64,000 nucleotides of DNA. It comes from Pyrobaculum sp. (GTDB lineage: Archaea; Thermoproteota; Thermoprotei; Thermoproteales; Thermoproteaceae). Positions within the stretch are counted from its first letter, which is position 1, and each line of letters begins with the position of its first letter. Below are positions 19,203 to 27,819 of this stretch, piece after piece. The position numbers and the translations under genes were made by a program. The stretch spans positions 2,852 through 66,851 of the forward strand of contig JBEULK010000076.1 in NCBI GenBank assembly GCA_041287325.1. Reading direction: 5' to 3'. The notes beneath the pieces were generated by a model that was given only the letters and a program-made list of their open reading frames with translations, did no database searches and was not told where the DNA came from.

Positions 19203-20810
19203 CACTTCCTTCCGCGCAGAAGACCTGGCTTGTCTTAACATCTCTTTGTACTTATCCACGTCTTCCTCTATCTTGTCAAGCCGCTTCTCTACGTACGAGA
19301 TGAAGTAGCTGATTAGAGGCTTAAGAGGCACGTAGTGGGCCCCCTTTAGGTAGTACTTGTTTACAATATCTTTAGCCCAGTAGATGGAGTGCCTCGCCAC
19401 CGTTTTTAACAAGTCGACGTGTTCTGGGTAGAGGTTCAGCTTGTCTATCCAACCCGCTTTGTCAGAGCGCACGTGGCTCATGGGCACGTAAAAGAGCGGC
19501 ACTATTAGGCTCCTATAAGGCCGTAGCCTCTCAATAAGTTCTATTGTTTCCACTACGTCGTCTGGCTGTTCGTCTGGTAGCCCAACTATGATAGTAATAG
19601 CTGGGATGAGCTTGACTTCGTGCATAATAGCCGCGGCTTCAACTACTATTTCGTGCCACTGTTCAATTTTGTAAGGAGCGGCCTTTCCGGGCATTATCCT
19701 CCTCGCCAGTCTTATAGAACCGGTCTCAAGCCCGATCTGCGCCCCCCACCAGTCCTGGTGCTCGTCGAGGATGATCTCTGAGAGTTTTGTAAACAACTTC
19801 CCCATCTTCTTTTCGCCGTGATATACAGCCACAAGAGTGGTGTGACTCCACCCCACTTTTCTATAATAACGCTTAGCCAGCTTGTGTAAGGCAATAAGCT
19901 TGTCTGGGTTTGGCTCCGTTGTGTGAGACCCGTAGAGAGGCACCTCGTCTGAGTGTAAAATGCCGTCCACGACGCCGGCTTTTGCATTGACTTTCAACTC
20001 TTCTTCAATCTTCTCAAGGGGGTACCACCTCATAGGTCTCAGAGTCACGGGGCAGAAGGCGCAACCCCTGGGACACCCCCTGCCGATTTCTACAAGGCCG
20101 TTTACACTGGGGAACTTAATCGTAGAGATCTCCTCCACCGCCGGCGCCTCTGACACCCCAACGTAGACATACCTAGGAAGCGGCTTTCCCTCAATGGCGT
20201 TTTTAACCAGGTCCACTACTAGCCTCTCCCCCTCTCCGTCGAAAATTACGTCAATTCCCCACTTCTCCACAAGCTCTGGGAAGTAGAGCCACTGCCACGC
20301 CGCCGGTCCTCCTACGATTACTTTAAGCCCGTTTTCAGCCTTTGCTTTTACAATATGCGGCGCTAGTCTTTCCATAAATCTCCTAAAGAACATGGCGTTC
20401 ATGGGCTCTTTGCCGACGATAACCCCCCACGTACTGCTGGGCGGGTTGAGCCCAAAATAGTCGTGATGGCTTAGCATCAACACCTTTGCCTTTGGTAAAT
20501 ACTTGTGGACGTGGTCGGGGTCTATCACAGCGGCGTTTATTCCTGCGTCGATTAGCTTAGCCTCCATCTTCCTCATGCCGTAGGGCGCCTCTAACGGCCT
20601 CCCCCACTTATCTACCTTAATCTTTGGCGCAAATAAGAAGGAATGGAATTTCTCAGAAAGCCCGAAGGGCAGTTCTACAAAAACAGGGCCTGTGGTTCCA
20701 AAGCCAAGAAACTCCTTCCTGTGGTAGTTAGACATCATAGACCTGTCCGCGGTCAAAATTACGTCAAATGGCATAATACCACACGGCTTTCCATTTTTAT
20801 AGTTTTTCAC
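19185..20810 (-). CDS. B12-binding-domain radical SAM enzyme
   Basis: 541 aa. N-terminal Rossmann-like cobalamin-domain layout (KVLMLSHHDY.., KVIVGGPAA) followed by the radical-SAM cluster motif GRGCPRGCAFCPV (CxxxCxxC). Confidence 0.8.
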   Translation of the reverse strand: MKNYKNGKPCGIMPFDVILTADRSMMSNYHRKEFLGFGTTGPVFVELPFGLSEKFHSFLFAPKIKVDKWGRPLEAPYGMRKMEAKLIDAGINAAVIDPDHVHKYLPKAKVLMLSHHDYFGLNPPSSTWGVIVGKEPMNAMFFRRFMERLAPHIVKAKAENGLKVIVGGPAAWQWLYFPELVEKWGIDVIFDGEGERLVVDLVKNAIEGKPLPRYVYVGVSEAPAVEEISTIKFPSVNGLVEIGRGCPRGCAFCPVTLRPMRWYPLEKIEEELKVNAKAGVVDGILHSDEVPLYGSHTTEPNPDKLIALHKLAKRYYRKVGWSHTTLVAVYHGEKKMGKLFTKLSEIILDEHQDWWGAQIGLETGSIRLARRIMPGKAAPYKIEQWHEIVVEAAAIMHEVKLIPAITIIVGLPDEQPDDVVETIELIERLRPYRSLIVPLFYVPMSHVRSDKAGWIDKLNLYPEHVDLLKTVARHSIYWAKDIVNKYYLKGAHYVPLKPLISYFISYVEKRLDKIEEDVDKYKEMLRQARSSARKEVLTFAS

Positions 20811-20821
20811 TAAAAAGTCCG

Positions 20822-21409
20822 ATGGACGTAGTGGAATCGAAAGAAGTAGATAAGGAGTCCAAGAGAATGCTTCTTGAGTTGTTATATTCTATGGGCCCTC
20901 CGCCCATCGACGTAGTAATAATAGGCGCCGAGTCGACTAAGTTAGAGACAGACGACGTGTATGTGCTACACGTGTCTCTGCCTATCGATCCCTATAGAGT
21001 TCTGAGAGAAGTAGCCGTGGCACACGCGTTGACAGATCCTCAGCTGTTAGAAACGTGGTCGGCTCCCCCCGAGCTTAAACTCGACGAGTTGGCATACGAG
21101 CTCTCAGTTGCCATGTTGATGCGAATAGCCGACTTCCTCGTGGCAAGGGTGCAGCCAGCTCTCGTGGCGGAGAAAAACAGCCCCGAGGTCGTGGAAGGAG
21201 AAACTCTAGCATATACAGTTGTCCGCACCTTAGCCGTAGACGTATCCATAAGCCTGGCCCTCGCAGGCCACATGGGCCTAGCGCTTCAGATACTTAACAA
21301 ATACTCGACGCACCCGGCGTACGACGTGTATAGGAGGTTTTGGGAATTCGCCCTCTCTAACTTCAAGTTTTTGTCTTTGTACAACTGGCTTCTCTTTTCG
21401 CTAGTCTAG
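20822..21409 (+). CDS. hypothetical protein
   Basis: 195-aa ORF starting 11 nt from the divergent radical-SAM gene. No recognisable motif. Confidence 0.4.
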   Translation: MDVVESKEVDKESKRMLLELLYSMGPPPIDVVIIGAESTKLETDDVYVLHVSLPIDPYRVLREVAVAHALTDPQLLETWSAPPELKLDELAYELSVAMLMRIADFLVARVQPALVAEKNSPEVVEGETLAYTVVRTLAVDVSISLALAGHMGLALQILNKYSTHPAYDVYRRFWEFALSNFKFLSLYNWLLFSLV

Positions 21410-22402
21410 TAAGCCCTCTTCTGTAATCCTAAACGACACCTCGCCCTCGGGGTGGTACGGAGAGTCGAATATCTTCGCTATCCTGACGTTTTCCTTAGAC
21501 TTCCTAAGCCACAGCCTATAGGTAGCGCCGTGTGCAAGTATGTTGCCGCCAGCTGGCCTAAGCGGGTTGCCGAAGAAGACGTCGGGCTGGGCCATCACCT
21601 GGTTTGTTATAACCACAGCCACGTCGTACGCATCCGCAAGCCTCAACAAGTCGGCAACGTGTTTATTCAGCTTCTGCTGTCTCTCGGCCAAGTTCTCCCG
21701 TCCGGGAAACTCCGAGCGGAAGTGAGCTATTACCGAGTCTACTACGAAGAGGGCGACGTTGTGTTGTTTAATTATCGACTTGGCCTGTTCGACTAGTATC
21801 ATCTGATGATCTGAGCTGTACGCCCTGGCGTAGAATATGTTGTGAAGAGCTTGGTCTGGGTCGAGCCCCCTCGCCTTTGCAATCTGCATAATCCGCTCAG
21901 GCCTAAAGGTGTTCTCGGTGTCTATGTAAATAGCCTTGGCGCCGAGCCCTCCCCTGTCCTCCGGCAGTTGCACCATTACCGCAAGCTGATGGCACAGTTG
22001 TGTCTTTCCTGAGCCGAACTCGCCGACGATCTCAGTGACAGCCCGCGTCTCGATGCCTCCTCCTAACAGCTCGTCTAAGGCTCTGACGCCCGTGGATATG
22101 CGCCTTATCTTCTTCCTCTTTTCATATACCTCTAGAGCAGAGATAAAGGAGTGTAGGCCTAGCATCCTTCTAGCAGCGTCTATGATTTGTTGTGCCCTCT
22201 CCTCATTCCCAATGATCTCCGCCAGCTCTTTCACAGAGGCGTAGGCCACGTCTCTCACGGTGTAATACCCCTTTTCTTTCAACTTTGCCCCGGTGACTCT
22301 GCCCACGCCCTCCAGCTCCTCTACGTCTAGCTCTGGGCTGACCTCTACGGTGGCCTGGACCTGCGCCGCCTCGGCCTCGGCTTTCTTCTTCTTCGATGAC
22401 AC
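21401..22402 (-). CDS. radA: DNA repair and recombination protein RadA
   Basis: 333 aa with a GTG start. HhH N-domain, Walker [10 protein letters not shown], Walker B LFVVDS. Confidence 0.97.
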   Translation of the reverse strand: MSSKKKKAEAEAAQVQATVEVSPELDVEELEGVGRVTGAKLKEKGYYTVRDVAYASVKELAEIIGNEERAQQIIDAARRMLGLHSFISALEVYEKRKKIRRISTGVRALDELLGGGIETRAVTEIVGEFGSGKTQLCHQLAVMVQLPEDRGGLGAKAIYIDTENTFRPERIMQIAKARGLDPDQALHNIFYARAYSSDHQMILVEQAKSIIKQHNVALFVVDSVIAHFRSEFPGRENLAERQQKLNKHVADLLRLADAYDVAVVITNQVMAQPDVFFGNPLRPAGGNILAHGATYRLWLRKSKENVRIAKIFDSPYHPEGEVSFRITEEGLLD

Positions 22403-22420
22403 GTTTAAATAGGGGCTGGG

Positions 22421-22432
22421 GTATATATTTTT
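22421..22432 (-). promoter_or_regulatory. TATA-like box for radA (leaderless geometry)
   Basis: The minus strand reads AAAAATATATAC, centred about 25 nt upstream of the GTG at 22402. Confidence 0.4.
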
Positions 22433-22482
22433 AATGACGAAAACTTACCAAGCAGAGGCGTGACGATTGGGTCAGGGGCCGA

Positions 22483-22493
22483 GATATTTTAAC
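22483..22493 (+). promoter_or_regulatory. TATA-like box for the Trm5-family gene
   Basis: GATATTTTAAC, centred about 22 nt upstream of the GTG at 22510. Confidence 0.35.
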
Positions 22494-22509
22494 AGAAGTC
22501 TTCTACGAC

Positions 22510-23337
22510 GTGGCGTTGAAGAGAATTATACGCGACCAAGTGCCCCTCCACCTAGTGGACAAGATACCGACTTCCTTCGACATAATCGGCTCTCGAGGCG
22601 GGGCCGTGGCGATATTAGAAATCCCCCCCGAGTTGGAGGATTATAAATACGCCATAGCCAAGGCGGTGGTTCAGTTAAATAAACACGTAAAGGCGGTGTT
22701 GAGAAAGAAGGGGGGACGTGCGGGGGAGTTTAGATTATACCAATTCGAGGTCTTGATAGAGGGGCCCACCGAGGTGATACACAGAGAACATGGATATAGT
22801 ATAAAGGTAGACCCCACCAAGGTCTACTTCTCTCCGCGTGACCAGACAGACAGACTTGAGATCGCCGGGCAGGTAAAAGAAGGCGAGAGGGTGCTGTACT
22901 TGTTCGCCGGGGTCGGCCCCTACGCCGTGGCTATTGCAAAACTTGCAAAGCCGAGGCTTGTAGTAGCCGTTGAGCTAAACCCCTGGGGGTTTAAGTACAT
23001 GGTGGAGAACTTCAAAATAAATAAAATACGCAACGCAGTCGCGGTGCACGGAGACGTGGCAGAGGTGGCGCCCTTGTTTAAACAAAAGTTTGACCGCGTC
23101 TTACTAACCCTCCCCCTAGGCGCGTATAAGTACTTTCCCACTGCGTTAGAGTGCCTCGAAGAGGGGTACGTACACTTTTACCACCTCGGCAGAGAAGACG
23201 CGCCGTTTAAAGAAGCTGAGGAAGTAGTGTCGTCGTCTTGTCCAAACTGCCAAATAGTTGGAAGGAGAATTGTGAGAGACTACGCCCCTGGGGTGTATAA
23301 AGTACGCCTCGACATCTACAAGCCTAGAAAAACCTAG
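22510..23337 (+). CDS. trm5: Trm5/Taw22-family (Met-10+ like) tRNA methyltransferase
   Basis: 275 aa. FDIIG..AILEIP, FSPRDQTDR, SAM-binding LFAGVGPYA. The overall layout matches Trm5b-type enzymes. Confidence 0.8.
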   Translation: MALKRIIRDQVPLHLVDKIPTSFDIIGSRGGAVAILEIPPELEDYKYAIAKAVVQLNKHVKAVLRKKGGRAGEFRLYQFEVLIEGPTEVIHREHGYSIKVDPTKVYFSPRDQTDRLEIAGQVKEGERVLYLFAGVGPYAVAIAKLAKPRLVVAVELNPWGFKYMVENFKINKIRNAVAVHGDVAEVAPLFKQKFDRVLLTLPLGAYKYFPTALECLEEGYVHFYHLGREDAPFKEAEEVVSSSCPNCQIVGRRIVRDYAPGVYKVRLDIYKPRKT

Positions 23338-23791
23338 GCGTCCCGCCTTCTTCGCCTCCGCGCCTTCTTGTCGGCGGCTGTGGCTTCTGCTGCACGTACA
23401 ACATTAAGATCGAGGGGACTTTTCCCTCGCGTGCAAATTTTGATAACAAGTCTCTGTACTCCGAGGTGTGTTCAATATCTACTTGTATAAACTTAACCGC
23501 CACTTCTCTAAGCATGCTCTCCAGCCGTCTTAGCATCTCCTCAGGCATCACTGAAGTAACCACGGGGTTACTGAGCCAGGACTCAAAGTCTTTCAATACG
23601 CGGGCTATATAGCTCAGCATGGCTTGCGCCGAGTACAACAGGGCAAGTCTGTCGGCAATTTTCATAGCCTCTCCGTGGGCCTCCAGCTCTTTTACTTGCC
23701 TCTCTTGTTCCTTTACCCATTGTTCTAGACGTTCCATCATCGACTCAAGATACTCTAGCACAGCCTCGGAGGTGGGAGTTTCATGAACCAT
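23324..23791 (-). CDS. hypothetical all-helical protein
   Basis: 155 aa with helical heptad-like sequence. Last gene of the UDG/295-aa/DUF2070 string. Confidence 0.45.
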   Translation of the reverse strand: MVHETPTSEAVLEYLESMMERLEQWVKEQERQVKELEAHGEAMKIADRLALLYSAQAMLSYIARVLKDFESWLSNPVVTSVMPEEMLRRLESMLREVAVKFIQVDIEHTSEYRDLLSKFAREGKVPSILMLYVQQKPQPPTRRRGGEEGGTPRFF

Positions 23792-23820
23792 AGGCCTAAC
23801 TCCTTATCTGTATATAAGCC

Positions 23821-25428
23821 TTATGCCAAAAGCGCAGTTAGCACGAGGGGGAGGAGAAATATTACAGAAGCAACTAAAAGCCCTACTTTTTTATACATCT
23901 TAACTGCGTGTTGAATCTTTCTAAAGCCCTCTGTCCCTAATACCTCCGCCTCTACTTCAACCCTTAGATAAGACACGTGGTGAGCTCCCAACTTCTGTTC
24001 GGCGTCTCTGACGGCGGCGTCTACAAGGCTTAACACAGCCCCGTGGCCAAGCCTCTCCCCTACGATCCTGTAGCCTCTGCCAAGGCCGACCCCCGTGGCT
24101 CTGTGAGTATCGGTAGTCGCCACCTCCACCACTGCATAGCCTCTCTTCGTATACTCCCCTACAATTGCGTTGTACAATCCTCCGTGTAAGTTATTGCCGT
24201 CAAACACAACGAGAAGGCTTTTCACGCCGTCACATACAGACACTATGGCAGAAACCCCCCCAGGACCGATTTCAAGCCCTAGCGGGTCTAGGAGTGACGC
24301 ATCCGCCTTGCCCACGCCCACTTCGAAGTTTTTACACGGGGCTGATTCGTGTAGTTTTTTTAAAACTTCGGCGAGGCTTGCAACGTCTTCGTCGTGCCAC
24401 CTCACCTCGCCGTCGAACTTATTCTGAGCATCTACCAGTAAGAAGAGTCCTGGGTCCACCCTATTTGCAACCCATAGAGGTATGTCGTCTGAGGCGGAGG
24501 CCACTCTGCTCACTACTGCAAGATAAGGCTGCGTCCCAAGACTAAGCCCAGTGGCCTTGACGTCGCCTACTACGACTTGGCGCGGCATAATGCCTCTGGG
24601 AGGTTCTCCGTTTTTACTATACGCCAAGGCCTGTTTAACGGCGTCGAGGATTCTGTTAAGAGTCTGCTTAGTAACTGGGTCTCTCTCGTGGCTCCCAACT
24701 CCGTGGAGAAACACCAAGCGGTAACCAAGTCTCTCCACTTCTCTTGTCAAGACGTCTACTAACATGCCGCCTCCGATGTGTCGGAAAGGCCCCGGGTGGA
24801 AATCAGACACCACCACTACCCAGTTGCCTATACGGTAGAGATGAAGCGGCACTTTCTCCACCTTGGCCAGTTGTCTAAAGGCGTCTTCAATAACGTCGTC
24901 TTCTGAAAAAGCCGCGTAGAGAAAACTAGAAAACATACACACCGCATCTAAGCCGTCGGCCATTTTTCTTATAAGAGGCCTAAGGCCGTAAACCACTGCG
25001 GCGTATAAAATAGAAGCTATCGACAGGGGCGCTAGCCCCACTGAGTAGTAAAAAACAGACACTGCGGCGAAGGGGAGTACTAACAGAGGGCTTTTACACT
25101 TAAGCGACTGTACCACCACAGCCACTGTAGTAGCTCCTACTAAGGCAAATGAGAGAGGCGGCTTGCCGAGTAAAAAGTCGAAAAACGCCACAAGCAGAGA
25201 TGACACAACTGCCACATAGTAAGACCTCCTGGGGTTTACCACAGTTTGATCCACGGCTAACATCAGCGTAAACATCACAGCGCCAAACGCCGCATACCAC
25301 AGAGGAGCCTGGGGGTAGCGCCAGGCGTTTAACAAGGCGAAGACGACCAGGGCTAGGGTGGCGGCGGCGTTGATCTTCTTCGCAGACTTGCCGAACAACA
25401 AGGCGTAAGTTTTTTCAAACGTCCTCAT
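23821..25428 (-). CDS. polytopic membrane protein with C-terminal soluble domain (DUF2070-like)
   Basis: 535 aa. About 6 N-terminal TM segments, then VVVSDFHPGPFRHIGGG.., and a final TM helix. The family name is from memory. Confidence 0.5.
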   Translation of the reverse strand: MRTFEKTYALLFGKSAKKINAAATLALVVFALLNAWRYPQAPLWYAAFGAVMFTLMLAVDQTVVNPRRSYYVAVVSSLLVAFFDFLLGKPPLSFALVGATTVAVVVQSLKCKSPLLVLPFAAVSVFYYSVGLAPLSIASILYAAVVYGLRPLIRKMADGLDAVCMFSSFLYAAFSEDDVIEDAFRQLAKVEKVPLHLYRIGNWVVVVSDFHPGPFRHIGGGMLVDVLTREVERLGYRLVFLHGVGSHERDPVTKQTLNRILDAVKQALAYSKNGEPPRGIMPRQVVVGDVKATGLSLGTQPYLAVVSRVASASDDIPLWVANRVDPGLFLLVDAQNKFDGEVRWHDEDVASLAEVLKKLHESAPCKNFEVGVGKADASLLDPLGLEIGPGGVSAIVSVCDGVKSLLVVFDGNNLHGGLYNAIVGEYTKRGYAVVEVATTDTHRATGVGLGRGYRIVGERLGHGAVLSLVDAAVRDAEQKLGAHHVSYLRVEVEAEVLGTEGFRKIQHAVKMYKKVGLLVASVIFLLPLVLTALLA

Positions 25429-26312
25429 AAAGACTCTATATACTGCCTAATAATACGAGAGTATTTCTGTGCAGAGACGCTCATATACAGATACCTATTA
25501 GCTCTAGGAAGTTTGTAAATATACATCTCTTCTTCCATCACATTAACAGTGGCATAGCCCACCTCCGAGATGTCCCACCTATTTTTAATCCTATTCCCCA
25601 CATCCTTATGAAAACCGTGATCTACGTAGGGGTGTAGAATAACCACTCTGTCAAGTCCGTATAACAAAAAACTCTTGGCTATGGAGAAGCCGAGGTGATA
25701 AGTCTTAGACACATCAACATATCCAAAACCTGTGAGAGTATTATCTTCAGCTTTTGCCAATATGTCGATCTTGTCAGTGTATTTATTGGCCAGCTGAGGG
25801 ACATAGGGCACCCCCTTTATAACCCTAGCTATCCGTCTGCCGAACAATACAGAGGCCTTTTCGATAAACCTGGCTACTGCGTCCACCACATCGACCTCGC
25901 CCCCCATCCCCCGCATGCTGACGATATAATGCTTTTTTACTTCGTACTCCTCTTCAGAGACCTCGGGAAGCGGGAGGTTCTCCAAAATGTCGTCAGATAA
26001 TAACGTGTGTGGCAAGTAATACGCACTGTCCCACCTCTCCACAATACCGAGATTTGCCAAGGCCTCTAAGTGGCGACACAAGCCCTCTTCCCACAGACAG
26101 TCCAGCACAACACTTCCAGATAAATACATGTATACCGGGTTTTTCGTATTGACCCAGTTCAGCCTTATTTTTTGCAACAAGACCATCTGTTCAATTGTTA
26201 AATCTGCAACAGTTCTTCTAATTTTTTGAATTCCGTATATATTTGAGCAGTACTCAAATTCTCTTAAGTGGTCCTCTGCAGTGCAACCGCGCCTTATACA
26301 GCGAAAATCCAC
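25425..26312 (-). CDS. hypothetical protein (possible wHTH N-domain)
   Basis: 295 aa. ATGA overlap with the downstream DUF2070-like gene, and 14 nt downstream of udg. Confidence 0.5.
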   Translation of the reverse strand: MDFRCIRRGCTAEDHLREFEYCSNIYGIQKIRRTVADLTIEQMVLLQKIRLNWVNTKNPVYMYLSGSVVLDCLWEEGLCRHLEALANLGIVERWDSAYYLPHTLLSDDILENLPLPEVSEEEYEVKKHYIVSMRGMGGEVDVVDAVARFIEKASVLFGRRIARVIKGVPYVPQLANKYTDKIDILAKAEDNTLTGFGYVDVSKTYHLGFSIAKSFLLYGLDRVVILHPYVDHGFHKDVGNRIKNRWDISEVGYATVNVMEEEMYIYKLPRANRYLYMSVSAQKYSRIIRQYIESL

Positions 26313-26326
26313 AAATCCAAAAATAC

Positions 26327-26914
26327 CTATATAAAGTATTGCTCAAGGCCTCCTCTAAAGAAGACGGAGAGGTCTCTTGAAAACACGTCGCCGAGCTTTG
26401 GATTACGCAAAACAGCAGCGGGGTGATAGGTAACACATATCTCAACTTCTACGCCCGCCAGCCTCCCGCCGTAACACCTCCCCCTCAGCTCCCTCATGCT
26501 CTCAGCTCTCTTACCGATGAGCTTGAGCAATGTCTCGGCGCTGACTAGGCCAAGGGCCACGATCCGCCTAGGTCTCAGGAGCGTGATTTGGTTTATTAAG
26601 TAGGGGAGACATGCCTCCACTTCTTCGCTTGTAGGAGGTCTGTTATTAGGAGGCCTGCACTTAACTACATTCGTGATATAAACGTCAGCCCGCGCCACGC
26701 CTATTTTAGCTAAAGTCTTAGTTAAAAGCCGCCCCGCCGCGCCGACGAAGGGCCGCCCCTGCTCGTCCTCTTCTTTACCTGGAGCCTCTCCAACTATCAT
26801 CACTCCCAGCTTGCCCGTCCCCTCGCCGGGTACTGCTTTTTTCCTTGTCTTGTGTAAAGGACATTTAGTACAATTCCTCACAGCTTCTTCCAGCTGAGCA
26901 ATGTCGGTATACAT
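26327..26914 (-). CDS. udg: family-4 uracil-DNA glycosylase (Fe-S, Pa-UDGa type)
   Basis: 195 aa. CTKCPLHKTRKKAVPGEG, MIVGEAPG, GRPFVGAAG, NVVKCRPPNNR, and a HPAAVLR motif. Confidence 0.9.
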   Translation of the reverse strand: MYTDIAQLEEAVRNCTKCPLHKTRKKAVPGEGTGKLGVMIVGEAPGKEEDEQGRPFVGAAGRLLTKTLAKIGVARADVYITNVVKCRPPNNRPPTSEEVEACLPYLINQITLLRPRRIVALGLVSAETLLKLIGKRAESMRELRGRCYGGRLAGVEVEICVTYHPAAVLRNPKLGDVFSRDLSVFFRGGLEQYFI

Positions 26915-26959
26915 AGCTATCTTAACTCATGACCTTTTAATACACCCACAGCGATTTAT

Positions 26960-27631
26960 GTGTTTTGGAGATTGTTCTCAGCTGTGGCAAAGCAAGACAA
27001 GAAGGATGTAAAGTTGCCCACAGTAAAGGGCAAGCCGGTCTACATAGGGGGGGTGTTGTTAATAGGAGTTGCTGAGAAGGGGGAATTCGACGTAAGAAGA
27101 AAAAAACTGCTCTCTATCGAGATAAAAGATACCAACGGCCAGAGCTACTACTTAGATACCTCAAGCATCAAGGTGAAGATCACCAAGGAGTACGTTGACT
27201 TAGACGTCTCGGCGCTTCCAAGATTTTTCGAGATAAAGGTACGAGAAGTTAGTAAAATGATAGAAGACTTGAAAAAGACAAGGTCAGAGCTAGACAAGTC
27301 TTACCATAGGTTGGAAGAGGCCTTGGTGAAAGGCGTCATTGGGATGGACGTATACAACGAGCAGGTTAAGAAATTGCAAGAGAGGGAAAAGAGGCTGAGA
27401 GCCGCGTGTATAGATATGGAAAAGAGCATAGCGTCGGTGGGGCAGTCTCTGCAACAGCTAAAGGCGGAGCTGGAAAAGAAGAGAGAACGTCTCGAGGCTA
27501 AGAGGCTGTTGGACAAATTAGAAGAGGGAGAAGCTGAGGAGTTGGCTAAAATTCTCAACACACTAGGGAGCATAAACGCCCTTTCGCACCTAGTCACAAG
27601 CAGTGTAATACAACTACGCCTTATTTGTTAG
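26960..27631 (+). CDS. beta-rich N-domain (PRC-barrel-like) plus long coiled coil, a CdvA-like architecture
   Basis: 223 aa. VKGKPVYIGGVLLIGVAEKGEFDV..LSIEIKD...IKVKITKEYVDLDV, followed by about 120 aa of heptad repeats (..GVIGMDVYNEQVKKLQEREKRL..). Confidence 0.5.
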   Translation: MFWRLFSAVAKQDKKDVKLPTVKGKPVYIGGVLLIGVAEKGEFDVRRKKLLSIEIKDTNGQSYYLDTSSIKVKITKEYVDLDVSALPRFFEIKVREVSKMIEDLKKTRSELDKSYHRLEEALVKGVIGMDVYNEQVKKLQEREKRLRAACIDMEKSIASVGQSLQQLKAELEKKRERLEAKRLLDKLEEGEAEELAKILNTLGSINALSHLVTSSVIQLRLIC

Positions 27632-27819
27632 TCAATTACGTCGGCCCCCGCACTGGGGCACAGCTCCTCGTCTAAACAGCCAAGAACTAAGTGCTCTCGG
27701 TTGGCCTTACACCGCCTGCAGTATAGGTATAGCCTCCCGCCGAAGAGCCCCAAGTTAAAACCAGCTTCGAACTCCCTCTCCTCGCCGCAGACAGTGCACT
27801 TCAGAAGCCACCTAGTCAT
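27628..27819 (-). CDS. small zinc-ribbon protein (LysW-like layout, atypical tail)
   Basis: 63 aa. CTVC..(21)..CRRC, then an acidic tail ..DEELCPSAGADVID. Its ATG overlaps the stop of the upstream ATP-grasp gene (ATGA at 27816-27819). Confidence 0.55.
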   Translation of the reverse strand: MTRWLLKCTVCGEEREFEAGFNLGLFGGRLYLYCRRCKANREHLVLGCLDEELCPSAGADVID

